This document shows positions 8,644-19,140 of a stretch of 64,000 nucleotides of DNA, in pieces. Every line of letters begins with the position of its first letter. Position 1 is the stretch's first letter. The DNA is from Candidatus Kapaibacterium sp. GTDB taxonomy: Bacteria; Bacteroidota; Ignavibacteria; Kapaibacteriales; UBA2268. Below the pieces are notes generated by a model. That model was not told the DNA's origin and searched no databases. It worked only from the letters and a program-made list of their open reading frames with translations. The translations under genes were made by a program, and so were the position numbers. Where the stretch lies: the NCBI GenBank assembly GCA_026390695.1, contig JAPLFL010000048.1, positions 339 through 64,338 of the forward strand, written 5' to 3'.

Positions 8644-8801
8644 CCAGGGGAGATTTAAGAAAGCTCTTTATTAGCATATAATATTTCAATTACATTAAAT
8701 CTTAATGAAATATTTGTGTTAAACATCAAATGTTTGTAAAAAAAAGGTGAACCAAAGTCCACCTCTTATATGAAAAATCTTGATTTTTAGTTAGTAAATT
8801 A

Positions 8802-10115
8802 TCATGTTCCTGCATTATAATTATTCATATAATTGAGTTGCTCTTCGGAAAGTGCATCCATACTAACACCCATCATTTCAAGTTTAGTTTTGGCAACAAA
8901 CTCATCTTGTTCGATAGGAATGTCTATGACAGCTTTTGCAAGTGGAGTTCCTTTTTTATAATTTTCAAGAATATAAAGATGCGACAGGAACTGATTGGCA
9001 AAAGACATATCCATAACTTCAGAAGGATGACCTTCGGCAGCAGCCAAATTGATTAAGCGACCTTGAGCTAAAAGATAGATTCTGCGTCCATCTTTTAAAG
9101 TATATTCTTCGCAATTTGATCGGATAGTTCTTTTACTTACAGATAATTCTTCAAGTTCAGGAATATTGATTTCCACATCATAATGACCGGTATTGCTTAT
9201 AATCGCACCATCTTTCATAACTTCATAGTGAGGTTTGCGGATAATATCTTTCACGCCCGTTGCAGTAATGAAAATATCGCCTTCTTTAGCGGCTTCGTCC
9301 ATAGTCATTACGCGATGACCTTCGAGTGTGGCTTTGATTGCAGCCGTTGCTTTTACTTCTGTACAAATCGTGTTTGCACCCATGCCTTTTGCACGTTTAG
9401 CAACACCGCTACCGCAGTGACCATGTCCAGCAACAACAATATTTTTACCAGCAAGAAGTACAGAGGTAGCACGGATTACGCCATCAAGAGTTGACTGTCC
9501 TGTTCCATAGACATTATCAAAATCCCATTTTGTTTCAGTGTCATTAACTGCAACAACCGGATAAAGTAATTGTCCATCAGCAGAACGAGAACGAAGACGA
9601 TGAACGCCGGTTGTAGTTTCTTCTGTTCCGCCAATAACATGATTGACAGCCATATCACGATAATTTTCGTGAACGGTATTGATTAAATCGCAGCCATCAT
9701 CAAGCGTTAAATGCGGAGCATCATCAATTGTGCGATCTATGCACCAGTAGAAATCTTCGCCATTATCGTACCAAGCGTAGATAGAGACTCCATCGGCAGC
9801 AATAGCAGCAGCTACAGCATCATTGGTAGAAAGTGGATTACATCCGGACCATGAAACTTCAGCACCCGCATCAACGAAAGTACGGATTAACACTGCTGTT
9901 TCTTTAGTAACGTGCAAACAACCTGCGATTTTAAAACCGGCAAAAGGTTTTGTTTCGCTATATTTTTTTCTTAAACTCATCATAACAGGCATGTGTGCTT
10001 CAGCCCAGTCAACTAAAAGTCTTCCTTCCTCTGCCAGACCAATATCGCGAACACAATATTTGCCCGGTACTTCATCGAATTTACCCTGTGCTTTTTTAGG
10101 GGGTATTTGAGACAT
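8802..10115 (-). CDS. ahcY: Adenosylhomocysteinase (S-adenosyl-L-homocysteine hydrolase)
   Basis: 437 aa; NAD-binding GHGHCGSGVAKRAKGMGA, and CNPLSTNDAVAAAIAADG. Confidence 0.9.
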   Translation of the reverse strand: MSQIPPKKAQGKFDEVPGKYCVRDIGLAEEGRLLVDWAEAHMPVMMSLRKKYSETKPFAGFKIAGCLHVTKETAVLIRTFVDAGAEVSWSGCNPLSTNDAVAAAIAADGVSIYAWYDNGEDFYWCIDRTIDDAPHLTLDDGCDLINTVHENYRDMAVNHVIGGTEETTTGVHRLRSRSADGQLLYPVVAVNDTETKWDFDNVYGTGQSTLDGVIRATSVLLAGKNIVVAGHGHCGSGVAKRAKGMGANTICTEVKATAAIKATLEGHRVMTMDEAAKEGDIFITATGVKDIIRKPHYEVMKDGAIISNTGHYDVEINIPELEELSVSKRTIRSNCEEYTLKDGRRIYLLAQGRLINLAAAEGHPSEVMDMSFANQFLSHLYILENYKKGTPLAKAVIDIPIEQDEFVAKTKLEMMGVSMDALSEEQLNYMNNYNAGT

Positions 10116-10150
10116 TTTTTTTCTCCGAAAAATATATACGTAAAATTTAA

Positions 10151-11290
10151 TTAAATCTTTTTAAACAAATCAACTAACTCCAGAGCTTCCCAAGGAAATT
10201 CAGGACGTCCGAAATGGCCATAAGCAGAGGTAGCGCGGTAAATTGGGCTACGTAAATTGAAACGATCAATAATCCCTTTTGGAGTTAGATCTATATTTTT
10301 GCTAATATAATCGGAAATTGCAATTCCACTGATTTCCGAACTGCCATGAGTATTAACATATACTGAAACAGGCTGTGCTACTCCAATAGCATAAGAAAGC
10401 TGAATTGTACATTCTTTTGCAATACCGGCAGCCACAATATTTTTTGCAAGATGGCGTGCTGCATAAGCACCTGAGCGATCGACTTTAGATGGATCTTTAC
10501 CGGAGAAAGCGCCTCCACCGTGAGGAGCACGTCCGCCATAAGTATCGACGATAATTTTGCGACCTGTAAGTCCGGTATCACCATGCGGGCCACCAATTTC
10601 AAATCTTCCTGTAGGATTAATATGATAAATTGTTTTATCATCTAATAAATTTGCAGGCATAACTTTTTTGATAATGTGTTCGGTTACATCCTGATGAATT
10701 TTTTCCTGACTTACATCGGGATCGTGCTGAACAGACATTACGACCGTATGTGCACGAATGATTTCACCGTTATCTGCATATTCCAGTGTTACCTGAGATT
10801 TAGCATCCGGTCTGAGATAGGGCATTGCAGAGTTGACAGTTTTAAATACTTCTGTATGTTTAGCAACAAGTTTATGTGAAAACATAATAGGTGCAGGCAT
10901 AAGCTCTTCTGTTTCGGTAGAAGCATAACCGAACATCATTCCTTGATCTCCGGCTCCACCAACATCAACGCCCATGGCTATGTCAGGAGATTGTTGATTG
11001 ATAACATTGACAACTGCACAGGAATAAGAATCGAAGCGGTATCCGGCTTTTGTATATCCGATATCTTCGATAACTCCACGTACAAGTTTTTGTAAATCCA
11101 CATAAGTTGTTGTAGTAATTTCGCCACCGACAACGATTAATCCTGTTGATGCGAAACATTCGCAAGCTACTCGTGAAGACGGATCATCGCGGAGCATCGC
11201 ATCAAGAACAGTATCTGATACTTGATCGCATATTTTATCCGGATGACCTTCGGAAACAGATTCCGAAGTGAAAAGAAAGTTTTTGCTCAT
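10151..11290 (-). CDS. metK: S-adenosylmethionine synthetase
   Basis: 379 aa; N-terminus [22 protein letters not shown], and [19 protein letters not shown]. Confidence 0.92.
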   Translation of the reverse strand: MSKNFLFTSESVSEGHPDKICDQVSDTVLDAMLRDDPSSRVACECFASTGLIVVGGEITTTTYVDLQKLVRGVIEDIGYTKAGYRFDSYSCAVVNVINQQSPDIAMGVDVGGAGDQGMMFGYASTETEELMPAPIMFSHKLVAKHTEVFKTVNSAMPYLRPDAKSQVTLEYADNGEIIRAHTVVMSVQHDPDVSQEKIHQDVTEHIIKKVMPANLLDDKTIYHINPTGRFEIGGPHGDTGLTGRKIIVDTYGGRAPHGGGAFSGKDPSKVDRSGAYAARHLAKNIVAAGIAKECTIQLSYAIGVAQPVSVYVNTHGSSEISGIAISDYISKNIDLTPKGIIDRFNLRSPIYRATSAYGHFGRPEFPWEALELVDLFKKI

Positions 11291-11341
11291 GATTTATCCT
11301 AATTTATACTAATTAACAAAATATTTAAGGTTATTAAATTT

Positions 11342-12319
11342 TTATGCATATTTGATTTCGCTTGAATCACCTACATTCAATCGAAAGAATTGACCTTTAA
11401 CGACAGCATTATTCCCAATAATCGAACGATCAAGAAGTGATTGTTCTACTCTGGAATTTTCGCTGATAATTGAATCTTTTATAATACTATTGCGCACAAC
11501 GGCTCCTTCGGCAATGGATGCAAATGGTCCGATAACTGATGTTTCTACATGTGCTGTAGGAGCGATATAAACCGGTGGAATGATAATAGCATCCGAATAA
11601 ATATTATTGGTATTCATCTTTTCAAGTAAAATCCGATTTGTTGATAGCATTGTTTCAGGTTTACCGCAGTCATACCAGCCATCAACATTGAATGAAGTAA
11701 ATTTCTCGCCATTATTGAGCATAAGCTGAAGGGCATCGGTCAATTGATATTCATCACGGGTACGAATATCTTCATCAATTAATTTTTCGAGACAAGTTCT
11801 TAAAAGTGATGGATTGCTTATATAATAGATTCCGACTATTGCAAGGTTTGAAACCGGTGTCTCTGGTTTTTCGATCAGTTTATTAATAAAACCGTCATTT
11901 GAGTGAACAACAACTCCAAAACGTCTGGGGTCGCTAACTTCTTTAACTCCGATAGAGCAGTATTTACTTTCGGAAACTGATTTTAAATCAGCATCAAAAA
12001 TAGTATCCCCAAGAATAATCATCAGTGGCTCATCTTCAAATGTTTCGCGAGCAGTCCAAATAGCATGACCCAAACCATATTGCTCCGTTTGCTGACAATA
12101 GTCCACATGAAAATGATAATGTGTATTGACGTACTGCTCGACTAAATCACCCTTATAACCGGTAATAATCGTCACTTTGTCCACATTATTTTCTTGAAGT
12201 GCATCTAATATATGTCCTAAAATAGGTTTTCCGGCAACATTTAAGAGAACCTTAGGTAAAGAATAGGTAAACGGTCGTAATCTTGCACCAACTCCGGCTA
12301 CGGGTATAATAGCTCTCAT
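11342..12319 (-). CDS. Sugar-phosphate nucleotidyltransferase with a C-terminal left-handed beta-helix (G1P thymidylyl/uridylyl- or mannose-1-P guanylyltransferase-like)
   Basis: MRAIIPVAGVGARLRPFTYSLPKVLL nucleotidyltransferase signature, with C-terminal hexapeptide repeats. The track ORF extends to 12343; MRAII is the likelier start. Confidence 0.7.
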   Translation of the reverse strand: MRAIIPVAGVGARLRPFTYSLPKVLLNVAGKPILGHILDALQENNVDKVTIITGYKGDLVEQYVNTHYHFHVDYCQQTEQYGLGHAIWTARETFEDEPLMIILGDTIFDADLKSVSESKYCSIGVKEVSDPRRFGVVVHSNDGFINKLIEKPETPVSNLAIVGIYYISNPSLLRTCLEKLIDEDIRTRDEYQLTDALQLMLNNGEKFTSFNVDGWYDCGKPETMLSTNRILLEKMNTNNIYSDAIIIPPVYIAPTAHVETSVIGPFASIAEGAVVRNSIIKDSIISENSRVEQSLLDRSIIGNNAVVKGQFFRLNVGDSSEIKYA

Positions 12320-12486
12320 TATTATATTTAATTTAATTTTCAAAAAAAACCGATTACAAATTTACGACTTTTATTTCTAATAATAAAGAGTTTAATAACT
12401 ATATATAAAAGTATCAATTAATTTACAAAATATTAATTCTCTCTAATCGTTACAAGAAATCAATGTTTTATTAAAATGAAGCGACA

Positions 12487-13425
12487 ATGAAATCAATTAA
12501 TTCCGAATTTTTGCTGGTATTGCTTTTTCTCTCAATTAGCGCTTTAGCAATAGCTGCTCAGAATAAAAGCATATTGAAAAATCCGCCAACTGAAAAATCA
12601 ATTAATTTTATTGAAAACAAGGGACAATGGAATCCGGATGTTCTTTACCTGACAAAACTTAATGGTGTTAATGCATGGCTTACTAAATTCGGTGTTGCTT
12701 ATGATTATTTTCAGCTCTATCAAGATACAACTGAAGCTAAATCGGATAATTTTATTAAGCACAACCGCGATCCAAAGCCAAGTATGGCTCCCGATGAAAA
12801 TATGAAAGTGAAAGGGCATGTAATTTTTATGAAATTTGTTGGAGCTCAGGAATATAAAAAAATCGATACAAATAAACTTGATGAATTAAATGATAAAACT
12901 CGCTCTAAAAGTCAAGGTATAGATAAGCAAGAAACTTATTATAATTATTTTATCGGCAATGATTCTACCAAATGGGCATCTTATGTACCTCTTTACAAAG
13001 AAGCATATATTAGTGACATTTATCATGGAATTGATGTCCGGTATTATTTCGATACTGATTCAAACTTTCTATCACCGACTCAAAGACGTATGAAGGGTGT
13101 CCCTTATCTGAGATATGATTTTGTAATTCATCCCGGAGCTGATTTGAATCAAATTAAAATAATCTTCGAAGGAGCCGATTCAATCAATGTTAATGAACAT
13201 GGTGAGTTAGTTCTCAAGACTTCTCTTGGAGATATTCGCCATGGGAAATTATTTACTTATCAGATTGATGAATCAAAAGGACAAAGTCTGAATCAGGATT
13301 TGAAAAAGAAAAATGAAAAGCGCACACTTACTGAAATAGAATGTAAATACTTTAAAAATTCGGATGGCTCTGTTGGCTTTAAAGCTGGTTCTTATGATAA
13401 GAAAAAGACACTTATCATAGATTAA
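12487..13425 (+). CDS. Hypothetical secreted protein
   Basis: 312 aa with signal peptide MKSINSEFLLVLLFLSISALAIAAQ; no recognised motifs. Confidence 0.5.
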   Translation: MKSINSEFLLVLLFLSISALAIAAQNKSILKNPPTEKSINFIENKGQWNPDVLYLTKLNGVNAWLTKFGVAYDYFQLYQDTTEAKSDNFIKHNRDPKPSMAPDENMKVKGHVIFMKFVGAQEYKKIDTNKLDELNDKTRSKSQGIDKQETYYNYFIGNDSTKWASYVPLYKEAYISDIYHGIDVRYYFDTDSNFLSPTQRRMKGVPYLRYDFVIHPGADLNQIKIIFEGADSINVNEHGELVLKTSLGDIRHGKLFTYQIDESKGQSLNQDLKKKNEKRTLTEIECKYFKNSDGSVGFKAGSYDKKKTLIID

Positions 13426-13446
13426 TCAATCAGTTTGATTGAACAG

Positions 13447-14670
13447 TTAAAATTCATACAGTCGCAGCAGATCTTCTGCAGTTTCCCGACGGCGTATTAA
13501 TTCGACATTCTCATGATCAATAAGCAGCTCTGCAGGTCTAAAGCGATTATTATAGTTTGATGACATGACATAACCATAAGCCCCAGCATCATGGATTAAG
13601 ACCAAATCTCCAACTTCTAACACCGGTAATTCTATATGCGACGCTTGTATATCTGAATTTTCGCAAATTTGACCACAAACATTAACAAACTCAGTGATTG
13701 ATGAATTAACCAATGCTTCTATCCTATGTTTTGCTCCATATAGAGCTGGACGTATTAAAGTATTCATACCCGCATCCAGACCTATAAACTTCTTATAACT
13801 CTTTTTTATTCCTGTTACACGTGACAGAATATAACCGGAATTTGCTATCAAGTATCGCCCCGGTTCGAGGATCAGATCAGGCTTCCCAAGTTTATACTTA
13901 GCACAGCGTTCTTTAAAGATGTCACAAACTGATTTTGCGGTTAGTTCAATATTCAATTCCTCTTCATCATTGTTATAAGGGACTCCGAATCCTCCACCGA
14001 TGTCGATGTATTCAGGTTTAACGCCTAATTCTCCAAAAATTTCACCAGCGATGTTCATCAATCTTGCAACGATTTCTGCAAAGTAATATGGTTCCAGATT
14101 ATTGGAACCGGTCATCATGTGAATACCAAATTTTTTAAATCCGGCATCGCGAGCAGCCCTATAAGCATCAATAGCTTTTTCATAAGGAATTCCGAATTTA
14201 GCGTCGGAACCTGCCGTAACGATACCTTCAAACCCCCCTCTGCCGATTCCGGGATTTATACGAAAGGCAATTTGCTGCCTTTTTCCCACTTCAATTAATC
14301 TTTCCATGGAAGTTCTATCGTCAAGATTGAGTCTGAGATTCTTTTTATAAATTTGTGCTAAATCATCAAAACTCTCATAATTGCCGGTATAAACAATATT
14401 ATTTGTAGGAATACCGGCTCTCTCTGCTAATAATACCTCCATCGGAGATGAACAATCAGCTCCTGCCCCTAATGAATGAAATAATTTAAGAATATTAAGG
14501 TTACTATTCGATTTTACCGAAAAATGGATTTTTGTATTTTGATAATAAGTTTGGAATGAATCTATCAGTCTTAGGTAATTGGATTCAATCTTCTGTTTAT
14601 CATAGATATAAAGCGGCGTTCCGTATTTTTTGGCAAGATCACCGAATATTTTTTTGTCGAGTTTTAGCAT
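13447..14670 (-). CDS. lysA: PLP-dependent fold-III decarboxylase, most likely diaminopimelate decarboxylase
   Basis: 407 aa; HFSVKSNSNLNILK (PLP-lysine region), DIGGGFGVPY, and CGQICENSD substrate-loop motif. Exact substrate (DAP versus carboxynorspermidine or ornithine) not resolved. Confidence 0.6.
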   Translation of the reverse strand: MLKLDKKIFGDLAKKYGTPLYIYDKQKIESNYLRLIDSFQTYYQNTKIHFSVKSNSNLNILKLFHSLGAGADCSSPMEVLLAERAGIPTNNIVYTGNYESFDDLAQIYKKNLRLNLDDRTSMERLIEVGKRQQIAFRINPGIGRGGFEGIVTAGSDAKFGIPYEKAIDAYRAARDAGFKKFGIHMMTGSNNLEPYYFAEIVARLMNIAGEIFGELGVKPEYIDIGGGFGVPYNNDEEELNIELTAKSVCDIFKERCAKYKLGKPDLILEPGRYLIANSGYILSRVTGIKKSYKKFIGLDAGMNTLIRPALYGAKHRIEALVNSSITEFVNVCGQICENSDIQASHIELPVLEVGDLVLIHDAGAYGYVMSSNYNNRFRPAELLIDHENVELIRRRETAEDLLRLYEF

Positions 14671-14821
14671 GTTTACCAGAATAAAAAAATGTAAATTAAG
14701 TTTTTTTTATAACAGAGCTATAATAATCATATAAATTAATAATTGCAGCTTTTAAATTTGTAATTGTAACATATTAATCAATAATTGCAGCGCCTGTATT
14801 GAATCAAATCCGAACAATTTT

Positions 14822-15700
14822 ATGACAGTAAAACAACAACAGAATAAACAAACAATAATTTTAATTTTACCTTGGATTCTCACCTTTCTGGTTTTTTATC
14901 TTTACCCGTTAATTCACGCATTAGTCCTAAGTTTTTCGAAATATTCAACCTTAACAAATGAGATAAAGTTTATCGGAGTATCAAATTATAAATACGCTTT
15001 TACCGATAAAATATTCTGGAAAGCACTTTCAAATACTGCCTTCTTTACATTTGGAACTGTGCCACTGACAACAGCAATATCACTGGCACTGGCAGCCGTA
15101 TTAAATAGTAAATTTATTCAATATAAGAATTTCTTTCGTGCAGTTTATTTCTTGCCATCGGCAACCTCACTTGTTGTTATTTCTTTAATTTTTATAAATC
15201 TTTTTTCAAAAACCGGATATTTGAATTTCTTGGCATTGATTGTTGGATTACCGGTTTCTCAGCATGGCTGGCTGCTCGAACCGAATACATCGATGATTTC
15301 TATAATGGCTATGGATGTGTGGATGGCAGTTGGATATTATATGGTCTTGTTTTTATCGGGCATGCAATCAATTCCAAATGATTTATATGATAGTGCTCGT
15401 TTGTCCGGTGCAAGCCCGCTGCAGCAGTTATTTAGAATAACATTGCCATTGCTTAAACCAACTCTTCTTCTTGTTCTGCTCATCAATACTATTAAATCTT
15501 TCCAAGTGTTTATTGAAATTTTTGTTATGACGAAGGGCGGCCCGCTTAATTCCACCAATACCCTCGTTTACATGATATATGAAAATGCTTTTGAAAAAGC
15601 AGATATGATGGGATATGCGTCTGCTCTAGCTTTTATACTATTTGTAATACTTATGATTTTTTCGATTCTGCAGATAAAATTTTTAAGAACTGAAGATTAA
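14822..15700 (+). CDS. ABC transporter permease (carbohydrate MalF/UgpA-type)
   Basis: 292 aa, 6 predicted transmembrane helices; EAA-loop YDSARLSGASPLQQLFRITLPLLKP. Confidence 0.7.
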   Translation: MTVKQQQNKQTIILILPWILTFLVFYLYPLIHALVLSFSKYSTLTNEIKFIGVSNYKYAFTDKIFWKALSNTAFFTFGTVPLTTAISLALAAVLNSKFIQYKNFFRAVYFLPSATSLVVISLIFINLFSKTGYLNFLALIVGLPVSQHGWLLEPNTSMISIMAMDVWMAVGYYMVLFLSGMQSIPNDLYDSARLSGASPLQQLFRITLPLLKPTLLLVLLINTIKSFQVFIEIFVMTKGGPLNSTNTLVYMIYENAFEKADMMGYASALAFILFVILMIFSILQIKFLRTED

Positions 15701-15750
15701 TGACTCAAATTTATTTAAAAGTATATGTTTAGAAATTTAAAGGGTTTTGT

Positions 15751-16383
15751 ATGTTAATAACTAATATCGTATGCTCATTGATTGCATTCGCTCTTGGAGC
15801 CATTCCTTCAGCTTATATCATAGTTAAATATTTTTCTGGCAAAGACATTCGGAAGCTTGGTACAGGCAATGTAGGAGCCATGAACAGCTATGAAGTCACA
15901 AATAAAAAATGGATAGGTCTCGTAGTATTTTTAATGGATTTTATAAAAGGATTATTAGCAGTCTTTATTGCCCGATATTTAGGTGGAAATAACCTGCAAA
16001 CAGTCCTTCTGGCTGCTATCTTTGCAGTTTTGGGACATAACTATAATCCATTTCTCAAATTCAAAGGTGGCAGAGGATTGGCTGTTGCTTGCGGTGTTTT
16101 AATACCGATTAATCTTTTAATCATAATTTTCTGGGTACTAATGTGGCTGACCGGTTATTATGCAATAAAACGAGATGTTCATGTTGGAAATATAGTAGCT
16201 TCAATAGGAGCAGCTATTCTACTTTTTCGTGCTCCTGAAAAAATTATTCATATTTTCGCGACAATGAATATTTATGATATATCAACTTTCAGAAATGCCT
16301 CAATTTTCTTATGCTTTTTAATCCTGCTCAGACATTCCGATGTAATTTTAGAAATATTTAAAAAAAATAAAAATATGGATTGA
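15751..16383 (+). CDS. plsY: Glycerol-3-phosphate acyltransferase PlsY
   Basis: 210 aa; LGAIPSAYIIVKYFSGKDIRKLGTGNVGAMN. Confidence 0.85.
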   Translation: MLITNIVCSLIAFALGAIPSAYIIVKYFSGKDIRKLGTGNVGAMNSYEVTNKKWIGLVVFLMDFIKGLLAVFIARYLGGNNLQTVLLAAIFAVLGHNYNPFLKFKGGRGLAVACGVLIPINLLIIIFWVLMWLTGYYAIKRDVHVGNIVASIGAAILLFRAPEKIIHIFATMNIYDISTFRNASIFLCFLILLRHSDVILEIFKKNKNMD

Positions 16384-16388
16384 TTGGT

Positions 16389-17099
16389 TTATCCTTCAAC
16401 ATCTTTTTTAATAATTTCATAAACAGCCGCCATAAGCCTCTTTTCATCGACACTGCTACTGTTGGGATTCGGAGGAATTGGTTTATGGAGAATGATTTTC
16501 ACAGTCGTAGGATGAAAAATTTTATTTGGTTTATCAAACACACTAAATGTCCCTATCAAGGAAATAGGAACTATCGGCTTGGCAGCCCTTGCAGCAAGCA
16601 TAAAAGCTCCACGTTTGAAGGTTTGAGGTTTACCGTCTAATGAACGAGTACCTTCAGGAAAAACGATGATCGAATCACCTGTACTTATTGATTCGAGTGC
16701 TTTTTCAATCCCAGCCATGGCATTTCTCGGATCTTCACGAACAATGGAGATAAATGGTGATTTGCGTAGTCCCCATCCGAAAATAGGAATATTTTCAAGT
16801 TCCTTCTTATACATGATTCGTACTGAATCATTTAATCCTGCCAATAGTACCGGAATATCAAACAAACTCGAATGATTTGCCACATAAATATATTTTTCAT
16901 TCGGATTTAATAATTCAGCACCTATAATTTCAAGTTTAACTCCTGAAATTTTTAAAATGATACTTGACCATATTCTTGAATATCTGTGGAACAAGCTCTG
17001 ATTGCTGGAAAAAGCCATGTACAGTAAAATACGTATTGAATGAACTACTGTTACTAATACTATTGCAATTTGCTGGTAATAAAATTTTATAATGTGCAT
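16389..17099 (-). CDS. plsC: 1-acyl-sn-glycerol-3-phosphate acyltransferase
   Basis: 236 aa; HxxxxD motif VANHSSLFD and FPEGTRS. Confidence 0.85.
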   Translation of the reverse strand: MHIIKFYYQQIAIVLVTVVHSIRILLYMAFSSNQSLFHRYSRIWSSIILKISGVKLEIIGAELLNPNEKYIYVANHSSLFDIPVLLAGLNDSVRIMYKKELENIPIFGWGLRKSPFISIVREDPRNAMAGIEKALESISTGDSIIVFPEGTRSLDGKPQTFKRGAFMLAARAAKPIVPISLIGTFSVFDKPNKIFHPTTVKIILHKPIPPNPNSSSVDEKRLMAAVYEIIKKDVEG

Positions 17100-17175
17100 T
17101 TTTTTGATCTGTAATAATTTACATAATTAAATATAAGAATCTTATTCACATTAAATTTCAAGTTTATTGCTTTTA

Positions 17176-18450
17176 TTAAGTTTTAAGTTTCTTTTTCTTG
17201 GCAGCAGGGAAGAGGATATTATTAAGTATGAGCCTGTATCCTGGAGAATTTTTGTGTAAACTCAAATCTGTGGGAGGATCTCCGATATTATGACGATAAT
17301 CTTCAGGATCGTGGCCGCCATACCAAGTATAAGTACCACGTCCGACATTTCCGTTAATATATTTCACTTCATCGGAACCTTCTTTTATTCCAAGGATTGT
17401 GACGTTCTTTTTGATATATTCTTTATGGAAAGCAGTTGTTTGCCCCATAAATCCATGTACTATGTTCACATGGCATTGGGTCAGCATTGATGGCACTGGA
17501 TCGTATTTAGCAGAAAAATCAAATAAAGTGAAATAATCTAAATCAGGATTTGGAATTTTCAGTGGGTCTATATCTATTGAAGATATTTCATATTCATAAG
17601 GATCATAAACAATGCGAAAATTTTCAAAGGCATTTGTCTTTGAAAAATCAAGTTTGCTCTGAGCCTGCATATCCAGTGGATCTCCGTCAAAGGGTTCAGA
17701 ACAAATATCAACTCCTTCAGCCGCTAAAGCCACATCATAAGAATCAGTAGCACTGCACATAGCAAACATGAATCCGCCGTTAGCAATAAATTCCTGAATT
17801 TTCTTAACTACTGACAATTTCATTTGGGATACTTTTGCAAAGCCAAGTTTCTTTGCCATACCTTCATTCAAAGCCACTTGCTGAATATACCAAGGTACAT
17901 TATGGTATGCTGCCCAAAATTTTCCGAACTGACCAGTAAAATCCTCGTGATGTAGATGGATCCAATCATATTTTTCAAGTTTACCCATTACAACATCTTC
18001 ATCCCAAATAATATCATGCTCAACTTCTGCATATTCAAGAGCAAGTCTGACCGCATCATCCCATGGGCGTGCTCCGGGTGGTGCATAAACACATATTTTC
18101 GGAGCTTTTTCAAGCCGGACTACATCCATGTTATTGTTTTCGCTTTGGACTTCAGCATATATCTTTCCAGTAGATCCACCATCGAGGTTTTCAAAGAATA
18201 TTCCTCTTAATCGAAGCTCCGTTGCTATTTTATCACTATAATCAGTCATAAATGAACCGCCGCGATAATTCAGCAGCCAATCCACTTCTTGTCCTTGTTT
18301 AAGCACCCAGTATGTCAGCCCATAAGCCTTCAGATGGTTCGTTTGGGCTAAATCCATAGGAATAAATATTTTTTGTGCCTGTGAAGTTTCGAGCAAAATA
18401 AACAATGAACAAAGAAATATCAATATATATTTCATAAAAGAGTTTTGCAT
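17176..18450 (-). CDS. Hypothetical secreted protein (about 425 aa)
   Basis: Long ORF with signal peptide MKYILIFLCSLFILLETSQAQ; start moved to an internal Met to avoid overlapping divergent maf; no recognised catalytic motif. Confidence 0.5.
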   Translation of the reverse strand: MQNSFMKYILIFLCSLFILLETSQAQKIFIPMDLAQTNHLKAYGLTYWVLKQGQEVDWLLNYRGGSFMTDYSDKIATELRLRGIFFENLDGGSTGKIYAEVQSENNNMDVVRLEKAPKICVYAPPGARPWDDAVRLALEYAEVEHDIIWDEDVVMGKLEKYDWIHLHHEDFTGQFGKFWAAYHNVPWYIQQVALNEGMAKKLGFAKVSQMKLSVVKKIQEFIANGGFMFAMCSATDSYDVALAAEGVDICSEPFDGDPLDMQAQSKLDFSKTNAFENFRIVYDPYEYEISSIDIDPLKIPNPDLDYFTLFDFSAKYDPVPSMLTQCHVNIVHGFMGQTTAFHKEYIKKNVTILGIKEGSDEVKYINGNVGRGTYTWYGGHDPEDYRHNIGDPPTDLSLHKNSPGYRLILNNILFPAAKKKKLKT

Positions 18451-18536
18451 TTTATGGAAATTAAATTTTGTAATTTTAATTTCAAGTAAACGTCGGAAAG
18501 CCGGTTTTATTGCAATTTTCAACTTATAAAATCATT

Positions 18537-19130
18537 ATGACAAAAATTATCGAATTAAAAAGAAAACTTGTTTTAGCTTCGCAATCACCGCGGCGGCAGC
18601 ACCTTTTGGAATTGTTAGGTTTGAAATTCGATATTATTCCCGCTAATATTGATGAGGATATTGATTATCAATTAAAACCCAATGAAATTGCAGAAAAACT
18701 TGCAGTTGATAAAGCCCAATCGGTAGCACGGAACTATACTAAAAGAGCTTTTATTCTCGGAGGCGACACTATTGTCGTATATAAAGACCAGATTTTAAAT
18801 AAACCGAAATCAGCAGCAGACGCATGCAGCATGTTAAAACTACTTTCCGGCAAAACACATATTGTTTATACTGGATTTGCTTTTGTAATTTGTCCGGAAA
18901 TGGAGCTTGTCAGTTCTTGTGTAGCCACAGAAGTTAGTTTCAGGGATTTAGATGAAAATGAAATTGATGGTTATGTCGAAAGTGGATCACCACTTGATAA
19001 AGCTGGAGCTTATGGAATTCAGGATGATTTTGGTGCAGTTTTTGTCAGACATATAAAAGGTTGTTACTATAATATTGTCGGATTACCACTGGAAGCGGTT
19101 TATTCAACATTGAAATTAATTAATAAATAA
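18537..19130 (+). CDS. maf: Maf-like nucleoside triphosphate pyrophosphatase
   Basis: LVLASQSPRRQHLLELLGL...GGDTIVV...GKPKSAADA are Maf signatures. The track ORF starts at 18510; the MTKII start is preferred. Confidence 0.85.
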   Translation: MTKIIELKRKLVLASQSPRRQHLLELLGLKFDIIPANIDEDIDYQLKPNEIAEKLAVDKAQSVARNYTKRAFILGGDTIVVYKDQILNKPKSAADACSMLKLLSGKTHIVYTGFAFVICPEMELVSSCVATEVSFRDLDENEIDGYVESGSPLDKAGAYGIQDDFGAVFVRHIKGCYYNIVGLPLEAVYSTLKLINK

Positions 19131-19140
19131 AGAGGATCAG

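Noticed and set aside
12344-12486. Looked for a SAM riboswitch upstream of the nucleotidyltransferase-metK-ahcY operon
   Set aside because: The region is extremely AT-rich with no GC-paired stems or conserved SAM-I/II/SAM-SAH core motifs recognisable by eye. The metK-upstream gap is only about 50 bp.
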